DNA of 48,932 nt. It comes from Deltaproteobacteria bacterium (GTDB lineage Bacteria > Desulfobacterota > Desulfobulbia > Desulfobulbales > VMSU01). Below, piece after piece: positions 1 to 8,410 of this stretch (its first letter is position 1; each line of letters starts with the position of its first letter). The notes below the pieces were generated by a model, which did no database searches, was not told the origin of the DNA, and saw nothing but the letters and a program-made list of their open reading frames with translations. Where the stretch lies: positions 1 through 48,932 of the forward strand of contig JAJSAA010000179.1 of assembly GCA_024274995.1 (NCBI GenBank), written 5' to 3'. A program made the position numbers and the translations under genes.

Positions 1-72
1 GGTGATAAAATGTGGTGCTTCTGGGACAGTTATTTTGTAGCGGCTTCTACCCATCATTTAGCTCTCCGTGTA

Positions 73-98
73 CGTTCCCACGCGGGAGCGTGGGAACG
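73..98. repeat. REP-like palindrome
   Basis: Perfect 11-bp stem CGTTCCCACGC-GGGA-GCGTGGGAACG; resembles the CGTTCCCACGC-type REP class. Confidence 0.7.
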
Positions 99-122
99 AG
101 AAACCCCCTCCCTTTAGATTAT

Positions 123-178
123 ATTTTAGTAACTATTTAGGTGTGACTGTAAATTGCCCTAAAAGCTGAGCTGTAACT
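123..178 (+). repeat. Left 56-bp inverted repeat of the ArsR cassette (GTAACTATTTAG end)
   Basis: 53/56 identical to the reverse complement of 1164..1219. Confidence 0.9.
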
Positions 179-227
179 GCTTATATATGTTTCAGATCGG
201 AGTCTGCGCCGCACCCCACTTATCTCT

Positions 228-686
228 TCATCCGCCCGGTATTTTTTCTTCCCGCTCCAATTTAGCCAGTATAAAATCAGCCCCCCGCTTTGAAAGACCC
301 AGAGTATTGGCAAGTTCTTCGGCTGTGCTTTGGGGGTGCTGCTTCAGGCAGGCTGCCACTTCGTACTCCAGCTCATCGAGCCAGCTTTCAAATAATACCA
401 GAATATCCGGGTCGGTGACCGCCATCAGCTGCTTGGACTGGGCTACCTTGTGTACCAGGTTTTGACACATATGTGTTGGGTCGACACCTTCGCCCATACA
501 TTCGGCAAGTCAGAGATCCACCATGCTGGAAATCTTATCTCCACCCGCCTCATCAATTATATTAGTTACAAAACTTACCCTGGCTTCCTCATCAAGATGG
601 GTGAGGATTGTTTTGAGTTGCGGAGTTAAAGCCGCCAAGGCCTCGGCTGGTTCCATTGTCTCAAGAATTTGTTGTAGTTCCTTCAT
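228..686 (-). CDS. Putative selenoprotein (152 aa, Sec59) with C-terminal winged-helix-like region
   Basis: ATG at 686 opens MKELQQILETMEPAEAL...SSMVDL; the TGA at 510-512 is in frame with LAEC-MGEGVDPTHMC... (track ORF 228..497); SECIS-like hairpin follows; no SD before the internal ATG; C-terminus STAEELANTLGLSKRGADFILAKLEREEKI is HTH-like. Confidence 0.7.
471..501 (-). promoter_or_regulatory. Candidate bacterial SECIS element
   Basis: AUGU-A-UGGG-CGA-[AGGUG]-UCG-A-CCCA-AC-ACAU; apical loop starts 21 nt after UGA with G at loop position 2. Confidence 0.6.
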
Positions 687-706
687 TGTCTACCCTGTAA
701 AAAACG

Positions 707-1045
707 TTAAAATGCTTTTCTGCTGGCTAATAGTTCTGCCGCCAGGCTATTTAGGTTCGCAAGGATTGTTACTATGCGGTGATCTGCTAACTCGTAATAA
801 ATAAACGGGCCGCTCCTCTCAACCTTTACGAGCAGAGCCCGCTTGAGTTCTTTGAGGTGATGGGAGGCTAAGGGTTGTGAAATACCCATTTCCTCAACAA
901 TGCGGGAAACTGGCTTTTTACCCTTAGCCAGCACCATGATGATGCGTAGCCGATTTTCGTCACCCATGGCCTTGGCCAGAAAGGCCACAGCCTGCGGATC
1001 GGCATTCGTCAAATCATCAGGTTTAGTTTTTAGGTGTTTTTCCAT
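707..1045 (-). CDS. ArsR/SmtB family transcriptional repressor
   Basis: KAMGDENRLRII...SQPLASHHLKEL...VKVERSGPFIYY; start reassigned to the ATG at 1045 (112 aa). Confidence 0.9.
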   Translation of the reverse strand: MEKHLKTKPDDLTNADPQAVAFLAKAMGDENRLRIIMVLAKGKKPVSRIVEEMGISQPLASHHLKELKRALLVKVERSGPFIYYELADHRIVTILANLNSLAAELLASRKAF

Positions 1046-1086
1046 TAATCTTTCGAGGCTGCTCTTGATTGAATTATTGATTGTAT

Positions 1087-1117
1087 ATATAAATATATGT
1101 TTATGTTTTAATGTCAA
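1087..1117 (-). promoter_or_regulatory. Possible sigma-70 promoter overlapped by an ArsR-type operator
   Basis: TTGACA at 1117-1112; AT-rich, non-consensus -10 overlapped by the imperfect palindrome ACATAAACATATATTTATAT. Confidence 0.4.
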
Positions 1118-1163
1118 TAAAAATTACAGGCCCTGGAAAAATGGGCGGGCGGTAAATAACAAT

Positions 1164-1219
1164 AGTTACAGCTCGGCGTTTAGGGCGATTTACAGTCACA
1201 CCTAAATAGTTACTAAAAT
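1164..1219 (-). repeat. Right 56-bp inverted repeat of the ArsR cassette
   Basis: Reverse complement of 123..178 with 3 mismatches. Confidence 0.9.
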
Positions 1220-1942
1220 TTATAACATATTAATAAAATTAGAAAATAAAACGGCAAAATTTCGGGTGGTTTCAGAATGGAGTCTCTTCGCTTCAGCCAT
1301 AATAAAAGCCTGATCGATTCCATTGGGGGCCGCTGATGATAACCATTTCTGATCTTTGGTTAAATATTTTTTTACCTCTCGGGGGGCTGCCGCATTATTA
1401 ATGAATTGCAATCCCGTAATATAGGGGCGGCCCGGTACGGAAACGGCTTCAAACTGGCAGTCTACAGAGGTAGCCAGAATGTCAAAATTATGGGGTATGG
1501 GCGGCATTATGGCCTGATTATGCCATTTAAAAACAGGTAGACTGGCTGGAATATTTTTAAAAATTGGATGCTCCCGGCCTCTATGGGTAAGATAGCTGGT
1601 GGTGAAGCCGATACTGGCGCAATAGTTGGCGCTGACGACCGCCCCCTGGTTTTGAGCCAGGAGATGAAGTCCCTGGCCGATCCCCAAATAAGGCCGGTCT
1701 TCGTTAAGCGCCTTGTGAATGGTTTTCTTTTGCTCCAGGAAGGAGGCGTAATTTTTGTCATCAGGACACGGTAAATTGCCGTCCAGGACGACTATGCCGT
1801 CGTATTTTGCTAAGGGGGGGATGGATTGCCGCCAAAGTTTTACGATATTCAGTTTAACTTTAAACCGTTTAGCGGTTTCGGTAATAATCTTGCCCGGCCT
1901 TTTATATAAGGTGCGCTGGAGAATAATAAGGTGTTTTGCCAT
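1220..1942 (-). CDS. Class I glutamine amidotransferase-like protein lacking the catalytic Cys
   Basis: GATase1 pattern (RPYLGIGQGLHLLA, VFKWHNQA, ILATSVDC, GLQF) with Gly at the nucleophile position. Confidence 0.8.
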   Translation of the reverse strand: MAKHLIILQRTLYKRPGKIITETAKRFKVKLNIVKLWRQSIPPLAKYDGIVVLDGNLPCPDDKNYASFLEQKKTIHKALNEDRPYLGIGQGLHLLAQNQGAVVSANYCASIGFTTSYLTHRGREHPIFKNIPASLPVFKWHNQAIMPPIPHNFDILATSVDCQFEAVSVPGRPYITGLQFINNAAAPREVKKYLTKDQKWLSSAAPNGIDQAFIMAEAKRLHSETTRNFAVLFSNFINML

Positions 1943-2037
1943 GTCAGGTCAAATTGTTGCACAAAAAGCCGCGCGGCAGAGTTGGTGAATCCCGCCCTGA
2001 TCCGCGCGGGATGGCATAGGTTGAGATTAAAAAATTG

Positions 2038-2206
2038 GTAACTGTTTAGCTGCATCCATATTTGTCCAATTATGGCTTCTTAAGTAGCACAAGTACGCTG
2101 CGAAGCCATAATTGAACAGGTAAGCGCAGACACCGAATCTGAAGCACATCTAAACCAGTTACAGTCCTGAGTTTAGGGCAATTTACAGTCACACCTAAAT
2201 AGTTAC
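2038..2206. mobile_element. Non-autonomous mini-element with IS66-like ends
   Basis: Ends GTAACTGTTTAG / CTAAATAGTTAC; flanks AAAAATTG / AAAAAATG (7/8); contains a third copy of the 50-bp repeat (2157..2206) and a 17-bp internal inverted repeat. Confidence 0.6.
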
Positions 2207-2250
2207 AAAAAATGTAACTATTCAGCAGCACCCTATATGCTGCTGAATAG
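2207..2250 (-). terminator. Intrinsic terminator downstream of amtB
   Basis: 13-bp perfect stem CTATTCAGCAGCA/TGCTGCTGAATAG followed on the minus strand by TTACATTTTTT. Confidence 0.7.
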
Positions 2251-2263
2251 CCAGGTTTTCTGT

Positions 2264-3886
2264 TTAATTTCCCTCCAGATAGGCAGGTTTTACATTGAAC
2301 TCCGGATAGGCGGAAACCGCGATTTCGTTTTGATCCAGTCCGCTGATTTCTACCTCTTTGGAGACCCTGAGTGGAACAACCTTGTCCAGCAGTGTGAAGA
2401 AGACATACATCACCACAAAGACAAAGACGAAATTAGTGACGATTCCCACCACTTGGGCTATGAACTGCGAGGTGTTGCCGTAAAAAAGCCCTCTGACTGT
2501 GCCGCTGACCCCATTGACTCCATCACCGTAAGTTCCATCGGCAAAAAGCCCCAGGGAGAGGAGTCCCCAAGCTCCGTTGACCCCATGGACAGAAATGGCA
2601 CCCACCGGATCATCGATTTTTAAAACACGTTCGACAAAAAATACGCTGATACAGAGCAGAACACCAGCAATGGCACCGATGCCGACGGCGGCCACCGAAT
2701 TCACGTAGGCGCAGGGTGCGGTTATGGCAACGAGTCCAGCCAGCAGGCCGTTGGCCGACATGGAGACATCAGGCTTACCGTAGAATCTCCACATATAGAA
2801 CATGGCAAAAAGTGCTCCGGAGGCGGATGCCAGCATAGTGTTGGTGGCGATGATACCGATTCGCAGATCTCCGCCGGCCAGGGTTGAGCCAGCGTTAAAT
2901 CCGAACCAGCCGAAGGCGAGAATAAAACAGCCGGTAATGGCCATGGGAATGTGATGCCCCGGAATGGCACGTGGTTTTCCATCCTTGTCGAATTTCCCGA
3001 TTCGCGGCCCAAGGATTATGGCCCCGACGAGCGCCGCCACGCCGCCGGTCATATGGACAACAGATGAGCCGGCAAAGTCCAGTGTTCCGTGGCCGAGCCC
3101 GAAATTAGTTCCCAGCTGTGACAGCCAGCCACCGCCCCATACCCAGTTTCCGTAAAGCGGGTAGACAAACATGGCGATGAAAAAGCCGTAAAAGACAAAG
3201 GATTTGAATGTCCAGCGTTCCGCCATGGAGCCAGTGGGGATTGTGGCGGTGGTATCCATGAAAACCATCTGGAAGAGAAAGAGAGAAAATATAGAAACAT
3301 CATAGGCGTTGCCGGAAAGGAAAAATCCATTTGTCCCGAACAGGCCGAAATCCTTGCCAAAAAGGTGGATGGCGAATTCTCCGTTCAATAATCCTGTTCC
3401 GCCGCCGAGGGTGGCGATATTGCCCACGCCGCCCATCTGGATGGCAAAACCGCATATCCAGTAACCGAGCATCCCTATGCCGTAGATCATCATGTTCATG
3501 GCCATGGTATGTCCGGCATTCTTGGCCTGTGTGAAGCCGGTTTCTGCCAGGGCGAAACCGGCCTGCATAAACATAACGAGAAAACCACAAAGCAGAGTCC
3601 ACATAAAATTGATGGCAATCCGGTTATGGCCAATGACATCTGCCAGTTTTACTGCCAGGGGCTCGGTTTTCGCCATCTGTGTCATATCCTGCTTTGTGGG
3701 GGCGTTAGCAGTAGCGCCAATCACGTCCGCTGCACCGCCGGTATTCGCTCCCGAGGGATCCGGCATCAGTACCGCCGGAGCCGTTGGCTGGGAAGAGGCC
3801 CCCGGCATCTCATAGCCGGCGGCGTAGACCGTGCCCGCCATAAACAGAAATATTCCAAGGCATAATACACTTAGCAATTGCTTCAT
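2264..3886 (-). CDS. amtB: Ammonium transporter
   Basis: FMQAGFALAETG, DFAGSSVVHMTGG, WFGFNAGS, DDPVGAISVHG motifs; start set at MKQLL (GGAG SD), signal-peptide-like N-terminus. Confidence 0.97.
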   Translation of the reverse strand: MKQLLSVLCLGIFLFMAGTVYAAGYEMPGASSQPTAPAVLMPDPSGANTGGAADVIGATANAPTKQDMTQMAKTEPLAVKLADVIGHNRIAINFMWTLLCGFLVMFMQAGFALAETGFTQAKNAGHTMAMNMMIYGIGMLGYWICGFAIQMGGVGNIATLGGGTGLLNGEFAIHLFGKDFGLFGTNGFFLSGNAYDVSIFSLFLFQMVFMDTTATIPTGSMAERWTFKSFVFYGFFIAMFVYPLYGNWVWGGGWLSQLGTNFGLGHGTLDFAGSSVVHMTGGVAALVGAIILGPRIGKFDKDGKPRAIPGHHIPMAITGCFILAFGWFGFNAGSTLAGGDLRIGIIATNTMLASASGALFAMFYMWRFYGKPDVSMSANGLLAGLVAITAPCAYVNSVAAVGIGAIAGVLLCISVFFVERVLKIDDPVGAISVHGVNGAWGLLSLGLFADGTYGDGVNGVSGTVRGLFYGNTSQFIAQVVGIVTNFVFVFVVMYVFFTLLDKVVPLRVSKEVEISGLDQNEIAVSAYPEFNVKPAYLEGN

Positions 3887-4094
3887 TTCATTTCTCCAAT
3901 TTGTGCTTTTGCCCCATTTCGGCCTATTCCGCTCGAGTCGTCTCTGGACGAAAAACATATATTTATTGCTTCGGTATTGGACACAAGTACCGAAGTCGTG
4001 TTCTCAACCGCCCGTGGGGCTGATGAGGCTGAAAATACTGCCGTTGATAATAATATGTTGCGCATTTTGTTTCCCTTATAAGATGATTTTTTTG

Positions 4095-4173
4095 GTAACT
4101 ATTCAGCGAAGGTTGCAAATTACCCTTAACTCGTAACCGTAACTGTTTAGATGGGGTACAGCTGAATAGTTAT
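4095..4173. repeat. Mini-element with GTAACTATTCAG / CTGAATAGTTAT ends between glnK and amtB
   Basis: 12-bp inverted ends of the same family as 2038..2206; internal GTAACTGTTTAG. Confidence 0.55.
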
Positions 4174-4185
4174 ATTTTTGGGTAA

Positions 4186-4674
<489 letters not shown>

Positions 4675-4773
4675 TTATATTAAGGTTATATCGTTACTAT
4701 TTGTTTTTAATGATAAAAAAACTTGTGTTATGAGTTTGTGGCGGGCTTTGTTTGGGAGATTGTGGAAAATCTT

Positions 4774-4798
4774 AATACATTTGTGTGGATAATGTATT
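4774..4798. promoter_or_regulatory. Candidate enhancer-binding-protein site
   Basis: Perfect palindrome AATACATT-N9-AATGTATT about 110-135 bp upstream of the -24 element. Confidence 0.45.
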
Positions 4799-5131
4799 TG
4801 GTATGTTTCAAAAATGTAGACATGTGGGGTGAGGAAAGAACAATATGTGAGTTTTCTGACCTTGGTTAACTTGCTGGAGTAGCGGTGTTATTTCGCTATT
4901 TGATGTGCCTGAGCGGGGGGGAGGGATACTTGAGGTGATAAATTACAAAAGTGTCTAAAAAATTCCAGGAAATTCCCGGTAGATCTTGGGTTTGATTTTT
5001 TAGAGGTCTAAAGCAGGGAACACTACCGCCCTTAGAGTGGTAGGTCAGCCTTGCTGTATATCGGAGTCTCGCAGACTCGCTTACCTGGGGGAGTTAAGTG
5101 CGTACAGCAGGGTGTTCATGGAGCGCTTACG

Positions 5132-7225
5132 TTATTTCCCCATTCTCCGCACCGTCATGATTAAGGCCAGCAGTGGAGCGGCAAAGGCGAGAATAATTAC
5201 CTCGGCTTTTTTTAGAAACAGGGGATCGGAGAGCAGACTGGCCAGGCCTTTCATGGAGGATGACTCTGGTAGAAGTCCGGCAATAAAGACAATCATCAGG
5301 GCAACAGCGGCCAGCGCCAATTCTGCCACTACCAGTTTTTTGCCGAACACCAGCCCCCCGGAGAAGATAATATTAAGCCAGGTCATCCGCCTGTACATTG
5401 GCTCAAGCCCTTTTATGGCCTCTTTGACTTCAGCCAATAAGTCAACGGCCTGCCTGTAGGGCTCGGCCTGATTCCTTTTTGCCAGTTTGATAATTGTATT
5501 AATTTTTTTCTTAATGGGCAGCAACTGGCGGTGGAATTTTTTAAAAAAACTGGGAAATTGATATGAAAGCCAGAAATTATAATAGCCCTTCCAGCGTGTC
5601 ATCTCTTGATTGGCCTGGTCATAGAGTTTGTTTAACTTGTTTTCCCGCAGTTGGCGGCCGGCGGCATAGAGCCCCTTGGCCCTTGAGGCCGTATCGAGAC
5701 AGTCAAAATAGCTGCCCCTGAGCATCATTTTTTCCAGATTGGCCAGGGTCTGAATATTTACTTTCATCTCTTTATCTTCTTTTTCAAACCAGCCAGCCAG
5801 GTCGTTAATTTCCTCTCTGGCTCTAATTAAATTCTCGTTGGCGGCGCTGGCAATAGTCTGATATTGGGCTTGGAGGATATCCTCCACCTTGGTCTGAATA
5901 TGAATCAATTCTGGATCCATCATAATAATCATATACAGCCGCCGTTGATCAACCATCAATGAACGGAGGAGCTGAAAGGCCTGCTCCTTGAAATTACCTT
6001 TGACCTCAAGCTGCACCTTGCGGTAGAGAAGATCCTGGCAGTCAGCCCTGATGGTAAAGGCGTTTTTGATTAAATCACGCGCCTTCCAGTTTTCATCGTT
6101 AAGATCATAATATCTCGACAAAAGAAGCGATATATAAATACGCTCCTTTTCGGCAATAGCAAAATTGGAGGCCAGCTCAAGATAATTACGCATATCAGCG
6201 AGACGCCCCCTTTCCAGAGCCAGAAAGGCCTGGCCCAGTACGGCGTAAAATCGTTTGGGGGCCTTGTGATTACACTCCCGCAGGAGTAATTCCTCGGCCC
6301 GGCCATACTCTTTGACCCGCAGACAATCAAAACCGAGCTGGAGATTATTATTATCAAGATTGATTTTATCCGTCTTAAACACAGACTCCCATTTGTTATA
6401 GATGCTGAAGGTGATATTCCATAAAAAACGAGGCTGATATACCCGGTTTATATCAAGGAAAGCAATATATACCGAGAGTGGTGGGTTCCTGCGGATCTGG
6501 GATACGCTGATACCGGCGGCCAGGGTATGGGCCATTTTCTGCGGTTCGGCAAAGACCTTTTTGTAGAGGATATTTATTTGCTTAAAGGGCAGATAGCCAA
6601 TTTCCTGTAGCCCGTTATGCGCCATTTTTAAGGTCTTGGCCGGACAGTGGGCGGGAAGGTGCCAACGCATACCGCAATAAAAACAGGGGTGGCCGCTGCC
6701 AGCGAGGGGGAGATCTCGAAAGGCAAGTATTTGGCGGGCGCTGATCTTGCCTTGCTCGGGGAAGACCAGCGCCGTCAGACCGCCGCCCTCACTTTTCAGT
6801 TTGCAAGCCGGGCATTGGCGGCGGGCCAGTAATAATTCAAGCTGATTTTTCAGGGCTCTGGTGACATAAATCGTCTCCGGATTTAGTATATCCCAATACT
6901 CATCATCCTGGGAAAGCAGGGTCGGCCTTGAATCAAGCGGGGAAACAAGGTGCATAACGCATTTAAGCGGTAAGGATTCGCCGCTTAAAGTTTTGTGGTC
7001 ATGGTGTAATTTAACAAAGGCACCCAGTACGGCCTTCAGGGCAGCGGTTGGGTTGGGGAAGGAGAAGAGGAGCAGTTCGGCCGAGGTATCAGGCGCCTCA
7101 AAACCACTTTCTTTGAGGAGATTGTTGAGCTGGCTAATAAAGGCGGGCCAAGCCGCTGCCAACAGTTTGGCTCCCTGGTAGGGCATGGGCATGATGGCGG
7201 CCAGGATGAGATTTTCTTGCGCCAT
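5132..7225 (-). CDS. Membrane-anchored TPR protein with CCHC zinc knuckle and possible degenerate nucleotide-cyclase-like N-terminus
   Basis: 697-aa ORF; CFYCGMRWHLPAHC; TPR-like helices; two C-terminal hydrophobic segments; starts 3 bp after the upstream regulator. Confidence 0.7.
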   Translation of the reverse strand: MAQENLILAAIMPMPYQGAKLLAAAWPAFISQLNNLLKESGFEAPDTSAELLLFSFPNPTAALKAVLGAFVKLHHDHKTLSGESLPLKCVMHLVSPLDSRPTLLSQDDEYWDILNPETIYVTRALKNQLELLLARRQCPACKLKSEGGGLTALVFPEQGKISARQILAFRDLPLAGSGHPCFYCGMRWHLPAHCPAKTLKMAHNGLQEIGYLPFKQINILYKKVFAEPQKMAHTLAAGISVSQIRRNPPLSVYIAFLDINRVYQPRFLWNITFSIYNKWESVFKTDKINLDNNNLQLGFDCLRVKEYGRAEELLLRECNHKAPKRFYAVLGQAFLALERGRLADMRNYLELASNFAIAEKERIYISLLLSRYYDLNDENWKARDLIKNAFTIRADCQDLLYRKVQLEVKGNFKEQAFQLLRSLMVDQRRLYMIIMMDPELIHIQTKVEDILQAQYQTIASAANENLIRAREEINDLAGWFEKEDKEMKVNIQTLANLEKMMLRGSYFDCLDTASRAKGLYAAGRQLRENKLNKLYDQANQEMTRWKGYYNFWLSYQFPSFFKKFHRQLLPIKKKINTIIKLAKRNQAEPYRQAVDLLAEVKEAIKGLEPMYRRMTWLNIIFSGGLVFGKKLVVAELALAAVALMIVFIAGLLPESSSMKGLASLLSDPLFLKKAEVIILAFAAPLLALIMTVRRMGK

Positions 7226-7228
7226 GAC

Positions 7229-8386
7229 TTAACACTGATCCAATATTTCCTGGGCCAGTTTATTGCCCGGATCAATTCTAACCGCCTTTGAGGCCCATTT
7301 GTCGGCCCGCATCCGCATTTTCAGTTTCAGATAACACTCGGCGAGATTAAGGAGGACGTTGATGTCCATGGGAAAATGTTGCTGTACTTTCTCAAGCAGA
7401 GCTGCTGCCTCTTGATAAGCACCCTTTCGCAACAGGGCCAGGCCCAGTTTTTTTTGCAGATAATCACGCTCTGGCGCTGCTTCCAGCACCTTCCGGCAGC
7501 ATAAAACCGCCAGCTTAAAAAGACCGTGCTCCATGGCGAGATCCACGGTTTCTTCCTGAAGATCAAGATTGTCCGGATTATTACGGAGCATGATTTTTAA
7601 TATCTTTTCTGCCTCTTTAATTCGCTGGTGTTTTAAGAGGAGCGCTGCCACCTTAAAGGCCCGTTCGGCGTTGCGCGGGCTTAGATCCAGGGCCTTGGTA
7701 AAATATTTAATAGCCTTATCCGTCTCTCCCTGTTTCAGATAAATCTGGCCGAGATAATGATAAGACGGAACCTCTAAACGATTCATGGTAATGGCCTGTT
7801 CAAAGGCTTCAACCGCCCCCGGCAGATCATTCTTCTTTAGAAACAGACGGCCCATTTCCCGCCACGGCCGGGATGAGTGTTTACTCAAAGCAGCCGCCTG
7901 GCGCAGGCATTCAATGGCATTATCAAACTGGCCCTTGACCCGCCATTTGTCAGCCTTGCGCAGCAGTATGGCCTGGGGGCTGGGATTATCCACCCGGTTA
8001 AGCAGTTCCAGGATTTTCTGCTCCAGGGTTGCGGTAACAAAAGGCTTGGTGAGATAGGCATCCACATCCTGTTCGGCGGCCTCGGCGACAATACTCTGGT
8101 TGGCCTCGGCGGTTATCATCAAGAAGGGGGTATCCTTGAACTTTTTGTTGCCGCGCAGTTTATTCAGGAGTTCTGTACCATTCAGCTTGGGCATCTGCCA
8201 GTCGGAAATTATGAACTTTATGGCGCAATGTTCGGTGTTTAAAATTTCCCAGGCCTCAAGGCCGTTCGCTGCTTCATAATATTTACGGCCGAATTTGATT
8301 AATTTCAACATGGCTCGAATGGAGCGCCGCATATTATCCAGGTCATCAACGATGAGAAAATTAATTTGGGCTGGATCTATTGTCAT
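7229..8386 (-). CDS. Response regulator: CheY-like receiver plus TPR repeats
   Basis: FLIVDD, IISDWQMP (phospho-Asp), MITAE, YLTKPF; multiple TPRs; no DNA-binding domain. Confidence 0.9.
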   Translation of the reverse strand: MTIDPAQINFLIVDDLDNMRRSIRAMLKLIKFGRKYYEAANGLEAWEILNTEHCAIKFIISDWQMPKLNGTELLNKLRGNKKFKDTPFLMITAEANQSIVAEAAEQDVDAYLTKPFVTATLEQKILELLNRVDNPSPQAILLRKADKWRVKGQFDNAIECLRQAAALSKHSSRPWREMGRLFLKKNDLPGAVEAFEQAITMNRLEVPSYHYLGQIYLKQGETDKAIKYFTKALDLSPRNAERAFKVAALLLKHQRIKEAEKILKIMLRNNPDNLDLQEETVDLAMEHGLFKLAVLCCRKVLEAAPERDYLQKKLGLALLRKGAYQEAAALLEKVQQHFPMDINVLLNLAECYLKLKMRMRADKWASKAVRIDPGNKLAQEILDQC

Positions 8387-8410
8387 AGGGAGTTCTCAAG
8401 CTAAACGCCG

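Noticed and set aside
228-497. 89-aa ORF as an independent gene
   Set aside because: No SD; better explained as the C-terminal part of a UGA read-through protein starting at 686.
3887-4185. Riboswitch or ANTAR dual-hairpin in the amtB leader
   Set aside because: Only one hairpin; no paired hexaloop motif or recognisable aptamer.
4954-5004. TCTAAAAAAT / ATTTTTTAGA inverted repeat as a MITE remnant
   Set aside because: Short, AT-rich, no target duplication and no second copy in the window.
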